A stretch of DNA of 64,000 nt from Callorhinchus milii (taxonomy: Eukaryota). The translations under genes were made by a program, and so were the position numbers. The first letter of the stretch is position 1. The number at the start of each line of letters is the position of its first letter. The stretch lies in NCBI RefSeq assembly GCF_018977255.1, contig NW_024704743.1:100628001-100692000 (forward strand), in the 5' to 3' direction. Of this stretch, positions 50,192 to 62,771 are shown piece after piece. Below the pieces are notes generated by a model. It saw only the letters and a list, made by a program, of their open reading frames with translations, was not told where the DNA came from and ran no database searches.

Positions 50192-51505
50192 TCTTAGGTT
50201 TTCATCATGATCTGCAACATCAGACAAATGGTTCTGTCATTTCCCATTTGAGTTATAGGACATGGTTTGTTACCTCAACTGAGCCACAAATAATATCTAC
50301 ACATTGACTGTAGATAACCCTTAAAATCTTTGTGGTTGTGTTTCTAAATTTTTCTTTTAAAATCTGCCCAACTCTGGCAACTGCACTACATTTTGTGCTG
50401 TTACATTAGAATTTCAAGCAAAGATTTCACTTAAACTTTCCAGTCAATTTGATGTGAAATTAATCATTAAACATTATCATTAAATCTAATGCCCATTTCA
50501 AACAACTGAGAGGAACACTGTGTGTTAAATTATGATGCTTTTAGCACCGATATTAAACATTCAGCATGATGCTGAGTTAATTTGTGTTGTTCCCTCTGAT
50601 TCTAAATCCAATTTCAACATAAGGAATTATTTAGATCCTGAGAGTAATTCCACTTTGGAATGAGGAGCTCAGATGACGTAATAATCTGTCAAAGGGAAGA
50701 TCAAGCAGTTTATAGATATTGTTTAATCCTTCCATTTGATATGGTACCAAAAACATCTCAAAATACATCACAAAGTTTCTGTATAGTGACTGTGTAGTTG
50801 AATGCAGCAGTCAATTTCCACACAACAATGATTCACACAAATGTCAAGCTGGTGTTGTCAAACTGTTTGACAGTATCATAATGTTAGCTGGCAATGCAAA
50901 CAGGAGGTGGAAACTATTTTTGAAACTTTAAGCATATCACTTATAAATCAGTAATTCAGTCAGGGGAAAATAAGACATTGCTTCTAGCATTTTCATTAAA
51001 ACTCGAACTCGAAGCTTTCTAAAACCAAGAATACAGGAACCCTCTCTCTTCTCACATCTATTTCTTGGAAGCTAATTCTGATGCATTTGCCAAACCAATA
51101 AAATGGAAATAGCAGGTTTGAAATTGTAGTAGCATTATTCTAATAGCAAGAGCAGCAGTGTAAATAGCTTTTGTGCGCAGGTGACAAATTTGTGTGAGAC
51201 ATAGTTCATGGAATGGAACACACAGTAAGTGGTAACTCTGAGAGTCAATCAATCTGCAAGTTCTGAAGCCCTACTAAGTATGTAACTGAACAGCTCAGCT
51301 CCAGTTTCAAGCCAGGAAATGGGGAAACGTGAGTGATTAAAACAGCTTCATTCTCAGAATTAACTGAAATACTCGTTTTAAAATGTCCTGGTGACATGCA
51401 TGTAATAATAATAATAATACTTGCATTTGATATATTGCCTTATCATGTCTTCGAGATGTCTCAAAGCACTTCACAGAATATACTGTAAAGTCAATTGACT
51501 GTATG

Positions 51506-51922
51506 TAATAATAATCCTTACCTTTGATATAATGCCTTTCACATCAGGTGGATGCCTCAAACAGTTCATAGGATTTATCATAAGGTGTAGTGCCTGTATA
51601 TTTATTAGGCGAACAGAGCAGACAGTTTGCACATAGCAATATCCCACAAAAAGTCATGAAGTGAATGACCATTTTTATTTGGTGGATTGTTGACCAGGTC
51701 ACTGGGGTGCTATGAGATCTTTAACATCCATCTGAAATGGCAGACCAGACTTTGGTTCAATGTCTCATCCAAACGATGGCACCCCTGACAATACAGCACT
51801 CCCCCAGCATGATGTTGAAGTGTCAGACTAAACTGTACAAGTTCAAAGTCCCAATAAGGGGCTTGAATGTACAATCTTCTGATTCAGAGACAAGAGTACT
51901 ACCAACTGAGCCAGGCAGACAC
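51506..51922 (-). mobile_element. Deu-type SINE, full length
   Basis: Tail TAATAATAATCCTTACCTTTGATAT through head ACCAACTGAGCCAGGCAGACAC. Confidence 0.85.
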
Positions 51923-52196
51923 TTAAAGATGTAAGGTGTTTCTGTACATCTATTTGTCTCCCGAAAACTGTCTTATTTTGAGTCATTCATAAAGAATACC
52001 ATACCCTTCCCACAAGCCAGCATCCCAGGAGTGAGACAGAAGACCACAGCAGCATGATTTATTAAAAAGCATTGAACTTCATCATATTAAGTTTTTATGA
52101 GCTTGCATTTTGCAAGGCAGCCCTCCGAAGAATGCAATCCACAAACAAGCAATTGCTTATTTATTAGACAGAACGTGAGAGAAATTAATTAGTAAT

Positions 52197-52337
52197 TGCC
52201 TGGCTCAGTTGGTAGTACTCCTGTCTCTGAATCAGAAGATTGTACATTCAAGCCCCTCATCGGGACTTTGAACTTGTATAGTTTAGTCTGACACTTCAAT
52301 ATCGTGCTGGGGGAGTGCTGCATTGTCAGGGTGCCAT
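52197..52337 (+). repeat. Deu-SINE 5' segment forming an inverted repeat with 51776-51917
   Basis: About 141 bp; 7 transitions + 1 indel versus the reverse complement of the partner. Confidence 0.9.
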
Positions 52338-52783
52338 TTTTAAATGATCAAATAAATACCAATCATCAACTAAAAAAGCACAAAAGGCATCCAGCAATTA
52401 CATTGGCAGACAAAAACAGCTTGTGGCTGTTATATACGGAAAGGACATTAGAGATGTGGAAAAAGCTTGTGCCAACAGACTAATGAATGTTATCCAATTT
52501 GGATTGGTAATAGAAGCAATGAAACAGTTGCAGTGCAAGGAAACATAAGATATAAAAGCAACATAATAGCTGTCTTCAACACACAATTGCAAAGTCCAGT
52601 TGAATTAAGTTCAATGGAAACATGTAAAGCCTTCTGAGACAATGTATCAAGATCAGCCGTGCGTTCAAACTTTCTTGCAAAGTGATAAGGCAGCAAAAGT
52701 GAACCATGGCTAAGAGTTGAAAATCAGGTAAAATAATGTACATTTCCAGCTGTCTTCAGTTGCCTCTTCATCCATATTCTATC

Positions 52784-53099
52784 AATAATAATAATAATAA
52801 TCCTTGCATTTGATATAGCGCTTTTCACGTCAGGAGGACGTCCCAAAGCGCTTCACAGAACACACTGTAAAGTGAATTGACTGTATATTTGTGGGCGAAC
52901 GCGGCAGCCAATTGCGCACAGCAATGTCCCACAAACAGTCGTAGATTGAAAATGACCAATTTATTATTGTTTTGGTTTTTTGAGGGATTATTATTAGGCG
53001 TGTGGAGTAAGGAAACTTGCCCAAGGTTTCGCCCTGCCTGGAATTGAACTCAGATCTCTCACTTGCAAAGCGAGTGCTCTAACCACCGAGCTACAGGAC
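52784..53099 (-). mobile_element. Young tRNA-Ala SINE, short form, L2-matching tail
   Basis: GCGCTTTTCACGTCAGGAGGACGTCCCAAAGCGC tail; intact tRNA-like head. Confidence 0.92.
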
Positions 53100-53274
53100 C
53101 CTAAATAGAGAATATAAGAGGAAGCTGTGCTCTGTGCTGCCTGGTACATTGCGACAACCTCTGGGTTGCCAGATACACTCATACCATTCTCAAAGAGACT
53201 GCTGCTGTAAACTTCAGCCTTCTCTTCACCCTTGTACAGTCAGAGGTGTGAATCTGTTTGCCAAATTGATTTCT

Positions 53275-55215
53275 GTGACTTTTCCAAGACAATCTTGGAG
53301 GCCAAGGACAATCCCAGGCTCCTCTTCTCCATCACCAACTGGCTCCTCTGCCCACGCTTTCACACCTTGCCAATCCCTCCAATGCCACCTGCAAGGTGAT
53401 GCTGGTCGTCCTCAAACCCAAAGTCGAGGGGATCCACTCAGCTGGCTCTGCCCTTCTATCTACTACTCCCTCTTAATCTTCCCCTCACACCCGGCATCTA
53501 CCCATCCCTCCCTCCACACCTTCAAACCTGTCTCCCCTTCCTTTCTCACTATAACCCATATGAAACCGACCACTTGCTGCCTCGACCCCATCCCTACCCC
53601 TCTCCTTACCTCCCAGCTCCACCTCTTTGCCCCCCTACTCACAGACATCATAAACCTCTCCCTGTCCTCTGGCACCATTCCCAACCGTTTAAAAACAGCT
53701 GTCATCACCCCTATCCTTAAAAAACCTCCCTGGACTCATTCCTGCTCTCAAACTATTGCCCCATCTCCAAACTCCCTTTCCTTTCCAAGATCCTGGAACG
53801 AGTCGTTGCTTCCCAGCTTCATTCCTTCCTCTCCTGCCACTCTCCACGAACCCCTCCAATCTGGTTTCCTTGCCACCCACAGCATGGAAACAGCTTTGGT
53901 CAAAGGACAAATGACATTTTGTCCATCTGAGACCAGAGCTCCCTCCGCCTCCTGGTCCTCCTTGACATCTCTGCTGCCTTCAATACCATTGGCCACTCTA
54001 TCCTCCTCCACCACCTCTCCTCTCACCTCAACCTTCATGGTTCTGTCCTGCAATGGTTCAGATTGTACCTCTCACCCCATCTCCATTTCATCTCCACAAA
54101 CATTTTTTCCTCTAGTCCCCATACCATGTCATGCGACATTCCTTGCTCCCCTCCTCTTCAACATCTATATGTTCTATATGTTATATATATCTATATGTTC
54201 CCTCTTGGTGACATCATTTGCAGACATGAAGTCAACTTCCACATGTATGCCGATGACACCTAATTGTACCTTTTTGCCTCCACCTTCGACTCCAGGATCA
54301 CTGCTGTCCTGACAGAATGTCTGTCGGACATCAAGTCCTGGATGAGAGCTAACTTTCTTCAGTTGAATGTCAACAAGACTGAGTCTCTCCTGATTGGCTT
54401 CCATCAGCACCTCCTCACCTCAGGCGCTGACAGGATCACCATCCATGGTTGCACACTCCACCTTGCTAAGCCAGTCCAGAATCTCAGTGTCTTGTTTGAC
54501 CCTCAGCTATCTTTTCTACCCCACATCTTTGCCATGACCCGCTCTGCCATCCCCCACATCTGCAACATCATCCAGTTATGCCATTGTCTCACACCGCAGG
54601 CCGCCAAGACCCTCATACCCTCATTCATAACATGCAGGCTTGACTATGGAAACTCCCAGCTTGTCAGCCACCTCAACTCCTCCTTCCTTAGGCAGCAGAT
54701 CATCCAGAACTCTGCAGCCCGTGTCCTCTCCACACCAGGCTCCGTGACCCTATCACCCCCATCCTTGCCCAACACCACTGGCTTCCCATCACACAGAGGA
54801 TACTGTTCAAGATCCTGGTCCTCACATTCAAAGCTCTCCATGGCCTTGCTCGCCCCAACCTCTGTGACCTCCTAAACCCCTACCAACCTGCCCATTCTCT
54901 CTGCTCAGCGAGCTCCAGCCTACTTTACATCCCCCACCTTGCCCGCCCCACCATTGGCAGATGGGCCTTCAGCCACTCTGCCCCCACCCCTCTGGAACTC
55001 CATCCTGCATTCCCTCTGCCTCACCTTCTCCCTTGCCTCCTTCAAGACCCATCTCAAGACCCTTCTCTTTGTGCCTTCAATTACTATCCTTCCACCCCCT
55101 GCCCTCCACCCTTCCCAATCCCGACCCACAGCTTGTGTCAGAAACACTGATTGTCCAGCATCTTGGGATGTCCTCCTGACGTGAAAGGCGCTATACAAAT
55201 GTAATTTTATTTTGT
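53275..55215 (+). mobile_element. Longest L2 LINE remnant (~1.9 kb, frameshifted ORF2/RT)
   Basis: MKPTTCCLDPIPTPLL, LKTAVITPILKKP, LQSGF..HSMETALVK, HEVNFHMYADDT, CLSDIKSWMRANFLQLNVNKTE, RLDYGNS; L2 tail at ~55165-55215. Confidence 0.93.
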
Positions 55216-56094
55216 TTTCAAAGATAGAATGAATGATATTTCCAAAAAGGTGGATTTCTAGGCAGAGAAATCACAGTTAAAAAAAAACTAGTCTCATTTC
55301 ATTTCTAATGTAGCATAATTTCATAGAGAACCCAAGAAAAAGCAAGTTAGATGAGTGACCTGATGATGCAGGGCATGCTTTCAGATGGCCTTGCTGTATC
55401 ACAGTAAGGGCCCTTGCTTTGAGTAACTCTCTTTGCAATGGCAGAGAATTTATACTACGAGCTATGATTAATGCTAGAGGAAGAAAACTCAGGAGGTAAT
55501 ATCCATCCTTTACCATGTTGTCACACTTTACAATTAAACAATATCAGAGTGTTCATACTCTGTTCTTAAACACTTATGCCCTGATTTATGCCATTGTTAA
55601 TACACTCCATTCACAACAGGAATCTTTAATCAAGGTGTCACTTGTGTTCCAGCACCATTTACAGATACAGCTACGTAGAAAGGCTTCAAACTTGTAGGTT
55701 CTTTAATAATTAGACAAATGTGACAATGGTATCAGTTTCATTAGATTATTTAATGAGTTCCTCTTAAGTTTTCTTTATTTAAAGTATTGACTTGGGTTTT
55801 GTTGCTCCTTTGAATGAATGAAGTCCCCTTTTGTAACACTGCATCAAATAGAAAACCCAGTTGAAGAATGAAGCTTGTCTAAAAAGCAATAGTTGTAGAG
55901 GTACAGGACAAAGGATGCATCTGAAACATGCTTACGTCAGGATAACATATATAGAATACATTAAGATCAACTTAACTAAAAATTGAGGGGGTCGGTCACA
56001 AGCACAAGCATCCAACCACAATCACACAGCCTCAATACAGGAATAATTCATTCTGTTTCAAGAGAGAAGACATGGGATGAGTGCTTGCCTTGGT

Positions 56095-56445
56095 GTACTT
56101 CCAGTCACTCATATAGTCTAGGCCGAAACTCCAATGTAGTCCTGAGGGAAAGTTGAATTGTTGGTTGTGCCATCCTTTGAATAAGACATTAGACTGAGGC
56201 CCTATCTGCTTGTTCAAGTGGACATTCAAGATCCCATGATACTATTTGAAAAGAAAGGGGAGTGTCATCTGGTGTCCTAGACAACAATCCCCCAAATAAA
56301 ATGGCAGCTTGTGGGACATTGCTGTGTGAACTTAGCTGCTGCATTTGCCCACAAAACACATTTCACTCTACTTTACAGTATATGCTGTAAAACTCTTTGA
56401 AATATCTTCCTGATGGGAAAGCGCAAACTAAATGCAAGGATTAAC
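56095..56445 (+). mobile_element. Deu-type SINE
   Basis: GAGGCCCTATCTGCTTGTTCAAGTGGACATTCAAGATCCCATG core; tail AAATGCAAGGATT. Confidence 0.75.
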
Positions 56446-57391
56446 TATACTTACTTCGGCTTCACAAGCCAGAAGCTGTTCTTCTTTCAGTCAAAACTTG
56501 TTTTCCCCCAAGGCTTCAAATCAAATTTACCATAATGAGGTGTTTTTAATAGCTCTTTTTATACCTCAGTAGCTTAGGTTCAGCTCGGGAAACTGGGTGA
56601 CTCCTGGCAGTTTCATTCACTTTGAAGTGACTGTGTTGCTTTTTATTAAAAAACAGAAAAGGGAAGGAGCCTCTCCTGGTGTCCTGGCCAACAAACCCCT
56701 GATTAAGGTGCTCATTCACTTCATGGCTGTTTGTGGGAGACTGCTGTACAAAATCGCTGATATGTTCACCTACAAAAACACAGCAACTCCACCTCAGAGT
56801 ACAATCCTTTGAAATGCTTTGAGATGACCTCGTAACATGAGAAAGATACCATATCAAATCCAGTATTGTTAACCATTCACACAGTGGATGTGGAATTTCA
56901 TTAATATTTAATATAAATAAGGCAATATGCCTTTAAAGTTTAAGAGAAAATTCCATGTTATGATCATTTTAAATTGCAGATTGGATTGAATTAGTTGACT
57001 TCATTCAAACTGCATGCTATCCACAAGGCTTCCCATTTGTTTTTGCTCCACATTGGAGAATCGATTTTGGAATCCTTCAACTCTATACATGTAAATTAGT
57101 TCTAATTAACATGGTTTCCATAATGAAATATCCATACTCATAGAAAAGCATTTTGACACATTTCTCAGACAAGCAGACAATTACTACAAAATAAGAATCT
57201 TTCTCCTCCACATTGAGATTTAATTGGTGTAATTCACTAATAAGGGTCTGTTTGTCAGAAATTATCTCCCGAATTGTTATTTTGTCATGTATTAAAAGCT
57301 GCAGTCAACTTTTTTCTAACCCAGTCCATTAAAATTTGTCTTACAATACACATCTCCATCCTCTGCCACATAGCTCTTTCTGAAAGCAGTT

Positions 57392-57575
57392 ATAATAATA
57401 AAGCTTGCATTTGATATAGTACCTTACCACGTCTTAGAGAAGTCTCAAAGCGCTTCACAGAATATACTGTAAAGTGAATTGACTATATTTTTGTGGGTAA
57501 TACATGGCAGCCAAATGCGCACAGCAGTGTCCTGCAAACAGTCGTGGATTGAGTGACCAATTTATTATTATTTTT
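57392..57575 (-). mobile_element. Young SINE 3' half
   Basis: CTCAAAGCGCTTCACAGAATATACTGTAAAGTGAATTGAC. Confidence 0.8.
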
Positions 57576-57619
57576 CCCAAAGCATCCTTTCCCTACACTG
57601 TTACAACCCAGGGAGGAGG

Positions 57620-58345
57620 AAAATATAGAATTATATAAAATGTTACAGCATGGATACAGGCCATTCAACCCAACTAGTAAGTGCCAGTGTTTATACTCCA
57701 TATGAGCTTCCATACTATTTAATCTCTCCTATTCCCCCTTTATTCCCTTCTCCCTCATGTATGAATCAAGTTTGTTTTTTCTTGTTAATCATTTTGCTGG
57801 TAACCCAACTCTAAGCAAAAAATTACAAGATTGTATGATAAGGATTAATCCTTATACATATGATGAGTGGGCACAGCTGTCAAGAAAGATTAGATAGTTT
57901 GGAGATTTTCTCTCTAGACTTGAAATGATTGAGAGGAGACCTGACAGGTTTTTCAGATTATGAAAGGATTCAATACGGTTGATATTAATAGGCTGTTTCC
58001 ATTTATTGGTCTGTCCAAAACATGGGGGCCCAATTATAAGATGGCCAGTAGCAGATCTGAAAGGAAGTTTTGGAGGAGCTTCTTCATGCAGAAGGTGGTG
58101 GGAATGTGGACTTCATTGCCAGAAGCAAAAACTTTCAACATATTTAGTAATATATAATAATAATAATCCTTGTATTTGATATAGCACCTTATTAAGTCGT
58201 TGAGACGTCTCAAAGGAAACTTAATGAGGGAGAAGGAAATAAAGAAAATGAGGGAATAGGAAGGGTGAAGTGTTATATAGCATATAAACACAGACTCAGT
58301 CTAGATGGGCTGAATGGCAAGTTTCCATGCAGTATTATTCTATGT
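57620..58345. mobile_element. CR1 3' fragments (- 57620-57775; + 57880-58345) with a small SINE tail inserted
   Basis: ACAGGCCATTCAACCC (reverse CR1 tail); IMKGFNTVDINRLFP...SFFMQKVVGMWTSLP; GGGCTGAATGGC tail. Confidence 0.7.
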
Positions 58346-58944
58346 AATGCTCTGAACAGTAGTTACACAGATCTTCCTCACATGGCTCCAACTACAGCAG
58401 TGACAACTTGGTGAGTCCCCTACTCAGCAGACCAGTACAATTCATGCTTCTTTTTTTTATATACCTATTATAATGTCATAGATAAGGTGTAAATTTGTAA
58501 TTAAAATTCAGCCTTCAGACTTGTGGCTGCTCTAGGGAATCTGTGCTCCTTGCCCATTCTCTTACGTGTTCAGCTTGTGCACTATAAAGCTGAATAATGC
58601 CCAATATTACAATAATTATACCAGGAAATTCTACACTAATAGGATAACATAACTGAATATAGAATTTAAAAATGTTACATACAAAGTTTGTAAAATCTTT
58701 GCTTCTTTTATTATTCTTCAATATTTACTATCCTTTATGCAATATCAATCCATTTTCCATTTTTGCCTTATTCTTGTATACAGAAACAGGATCAGTTCGC
58801 TTGCTTTCATGTGCCGCTCACCTATCCAGCCATTCTGGGCTCTTGTCTAACTTACAATAACTTGCTTAGCGCCTTTCATTTTGTGAGTCTTTGCTGTAGA
58901 CAATTTGGCTGCTACATTCGCCCACAAGGTACACAGTCACTACA

Positions 58945-59080
58945 AAACACAAAATACTGCAGGTGCTGGAATCTGAAACAAAAACAGAGAGAGCTGGGAA
59001 AACTCAGCAGGTCAGGCAGCATCTATGGAGAAAGGAAAGTGAGTCAATGTTTTGAGTCCACGATCCTTCATCAGAACTGA
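58945..59080 (-). mobile_element. Penelope-like element terminus with decayed hammerhead motif, inserted in a Deu-SINE, 10-bp TSD
   Basis: AAATACTGCAGGTGCTGGAATCTGAAAC...CTCAGCAGGTCAGGCAGCATCT...CCTTCATCAGAACTG; AGTCACTACA at 58935-58944 and 59081-59090; partial sister copy at ~31100-31160. Confidence 0.7.
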
Positions 59081-60209
59081 AGTCACTACACAGTCACTAC
59101 GCTTTATTGTAAATCCTGTGAAATACTTTGACCTCCCAATGAGAAAGGAGTTATATCAAATGTAAGGATTAATTATCTCACGTAGAATAACTTCAAAGAA
59201 ACTTTATCAGGAGAAAAAGATTGGAAACACAAGATATATATAGTATTTTCACAGGAGGATGTCACAAAGCATTTATTATTTCTCAGCATAAGCAAAAGGA
59301 CTTGAGCAATGCAATAATGGCAAATTTAACTTTATTATTTAAATTTCTGATAGTACCAATGTGTTTAAAACATTTTCATTGTGCTTTCCAAAATCAGAAT
59401 TAAATGCTAAAAAATGATTCTTTTCATCTAATTAAAGTGCAATATCTTGTGTTATGAACATTTGCAAAACTGGTTTCCTTTAAAAAGAATGCATTAAAAC
59501 ACGCTGAAAAAATTGCCAATTTATACCACTATATACTGACAAATTACCCAGATAAAATAAGACAGTAAATTAATGAGACTGCATCAAAATTCCAGGTAAA
59601 ACAGAACTCTGATTTTTTCATTTTTAAAGTTTTTCAACAAAGTAAAAATATAAGTAAAATTCTATGAAAATATAGTTCCGATTAATAATGGACCACAGGT
59701 AATTGGTAATCATAAATTTATGCACCCTGACTATTTAAATATTCTCTCAGACATCTCTCAAAAGCAAATGCAGCAAAAAAGGAACAGTTTCTGATGAAGA
59801 AAAAGTGATGACCCATCTTCACAATGAAACTGTGGACCTGGGGAGGGAACTGTGTTATGTGAAGTGATATTTAATACAAGGACAGAAACACAATTGTTTT
59901 GTATCCTGAACTTTACAACAGGTTTGGGACTGAACACCCCATTCCCAATCCACATCCAGAGAAGTATTAACTTTTCAATGTTACTTGAGCACAGTCTAGA
60001 CAAGCATTTCAGTCCAGTACTGGGGGAGTGCTACTTGATTAAAAGTGATATATAAAAGTGATATATTAAAAGTATACTCTGTGAAGTGCTTTGAGACGTC
60101 TCAGAGATGTAATGAGGTGCTATATCAAGGATTATTATTATTATCATCAGATGACACTTTTAGCTGATATCTCATCTATTTATTCTACAAGCGGATGCTA
60201 AAAAGTTAT

Positions 60210-60770
60210 CATAATAATCCTTAAATTTGATATAGTAGCTTTCACATAGGAAGGAAATCTCATAATACTGCACAGGCTTTTGCTCTAAAGGGTGTAACTG
60301 TTTGGGAGGCAAATTCAGTAGTCAATTTGTGTATAGCAATGCATTACAAACAGCCATGAAGTGAATAATCAGGCTTATCTGGGGATTGTTGGCCAGGAGA
60401 AATTCCCTTCGATTTTTAAATGCTGCCATGGGGTTTTTAGCGTCCACCTGAACAGGCATATAGGATCTCATCTGAAGGACGGCACCTCATCTAATGCAGC
60501 ACAACACTGCATTGGATGTCGGCCTGGAGACTGAAATTTCAAAGTCCTAACATGGTGATTGAACCCTTAATCTTGTGACTCAGACAGTAGACATAATTTG
60601 AAAGGAAGTGAGTTTATCTCACTGCCCCGGCCAAGTATCCTGCAGATAAATTGGTCATTCACCTCACAGCTATTTGTGGGACTTTACTGTGCACAGAATG
60701 GCTGCCACTGTACAAAAAATGTCACTACATATAAGAATAATTTTCTCTAAAGCCATTTTGAGACATTTCA
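60210..60770. mobile_element. Deu-type SINEs (- 60210-60585; + 60605-60770)
   Basis: GCGTCCACCTGAACAGGCA core; TTTGTGGGACTTTACTGTGCAC. Confidence 0.7.
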
Positions 60771-61837
60771 AAATTTGCAGGGCATTTCTTACTAAACTGC
60801 TCTTTAATAGCTTTTTTTAAAAATGGTTCTTTTGCCAGATAGATAATGAATAAATAATATTTTACAAAGAATAATTTACATTTTTATGAAATTTTAAGCC
60901 AACCCTAGTATATAACCTAATTGTTGCAGGACATTTTTAGTATCATACATTCATTTCAAATCTAACTTTCCTTTTAAGTCACAGTGATTCATAATCAATC
61001 CCTATTGTTTTAAAAATTACAACAGCTTCATATGCAGTCAATTACAGATGGGAGATCTGGGAGAGTTCTGACTTATTGTTGTCTTACAACCTTTACAAGT
61101 GCACCATGGAGCATAGTGTCAACTTGACTTATTTCAGCTGTAGAAAGCCTTTAGTTAATGATGACAATGAGACTAGCTTGGTCATTTTCGTCACTCCTGT
61201 AAAACATTGCTACAGTAATTTTGATCAATACAGAATATTCAAACTTAGTTATACCACATGGCAATCCCCTCATAGGTAACAATATAGCTGTAGCTAGCCA
61301 GTGACATTGTCATAGACAGGACAATTTCAACTGAGTGCTTTAATCCTTCAAGCATTGCACATAAGTTTACTACTCAGTATGCTGTGGTATTGAAGGAATC
61401 GTAGCAGAAACGTTCACTAAATAATCCTTGCATTTGATATAGTGCCGTTCCCGTCGGCAGGGTGTCTCAAAGTGCTTCATTGGATTTTGCTATGAATTAA
61501 AGTGACTGCGTATTTTGTAGTCAAACATAATTAAATCGATGCTACAGTCTTGTCAATGTTGTGAATCTGGGTAATGGTTGCAAAACTGTCCCTTAAAGAA
61601 TATTTGTTCCAAGAACAAAACTATGTTAGATCCAAATGGAAGAGTCCAGAATAATTAGATATATGTAATATTTGTTGAATGAGTACAATCGAGAATCACA
61701 GAACTACAGCCTACAACTAGCATTAAAATAAATGTCAAAACAGGGACTGCAGAAGTCTATTCAAAAGACCAAAATTACATTAAATTTCTTATTACCTGGA
61801 AAAGTAGCATTTGCAAAGTAGCATTTGATCATTTTTA

Positions 61838-62008
61838 ATCCTTGACTGTTTATAGGACACTGCTGTGCGCAATTGGCTGCCTCGTTTCGCCCACAAATAT
61901 ACAGTCAACTCACTTTACAGCATATTCTGTGAAGCGCTTTGAGACGTCTAGAAGATGTGAAAAGCGCTATATCAAATGCAAGTATTATTATTAATATTAT
62001 TTTATTAC
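61838..62008 (+). mobile_element. Young SINE 3' half
   Basis: GCTGTGCGCAATTGGCTGCC...GAAGCGCTTTGAGACGTCTAGAAGATGTGAAAAGCGCTATATCAAATGCAAG. Confidence 0.88.
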
Positions 62009-62771
62009 TTTTAGGACAGTTAATTGTGCTTTGTATTTTTTAATAATAATTCCAAAAAATGGAGCAGGCAATCATTCTCAGTAACCCAGGAATGACTTGG
62101 TTTAATGAGTCTGTGCAGGAACAATCAATAATCCATTGACTTCCCTTAGCCAAGAATTCCCTGTGAAGCACTTTGAGATATTTCACCATTAGAGGCCAGG
62201 ATTATACTGTCAGTAATTATTGCATATCAGATGCAAAGATTATTATAATAATCATGAATAAATAAATATTAAATAATCCTTACATTTGATGTAAGGGAGA
62301 ACTTCACAAGATGCACACTAAAGTGTAGTGACGGTGTATTTTGTAGGCAATTTGTGCACAACAATGTCCCACAAATAACCATGAAGTGAGTGATCAATTC
62401 TATTTGGAGGATTCTTCATCAGGACAAATCAAAATAACTTGGAATTTTTTTTAGTAATTTCTAATTTTAAAGTGATTTTTTTTAAAAATGGTGGTAGATC
62501 GTTTCACGAGGTATTCCTTGATTTGTCCTTTATCCTTTGTGTTAGCACTTGTCCCCAGGGAAGCCAATGTTAAGGTACTTGACCTATATTCAGAGACCTT
62601 GGAGGGGTGTAATTGTTGGCTAACATGAAATACCATCTTTTCATATTTTACCTACAGTACATCTGCTGCCATGTCGTTCTGTTATATATTGTATTATGGC
62701 TTCTTTCTGACCTGTCAGATAACACTCTCATATTTTCTCTGATGACTAGATTGCTCAAAATATAAATTAAA

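Noticed and set aside
52348..52549. Protein-like open frame (QLVAVIYGKDIRDVEKACANRL)
   Set aside because: No credible acceptor or start, and no recognisable family.
53134..54875. Longest ORFs (392 aa, 203 aa) as host genes
   Set aside because: They are mosaics of frameshifted L2 ORF2 reading frames (RT motifs scattered over frames). The same applies to 1692-2369, 15954-16544, 35774-36346 and 37543-38184.
58784..58882. 99-nt exon with strong acceptor
   Set aside because: The donor lies in a SINE remnant and the peptide is unrecognised; cannot be supported without transcripts.
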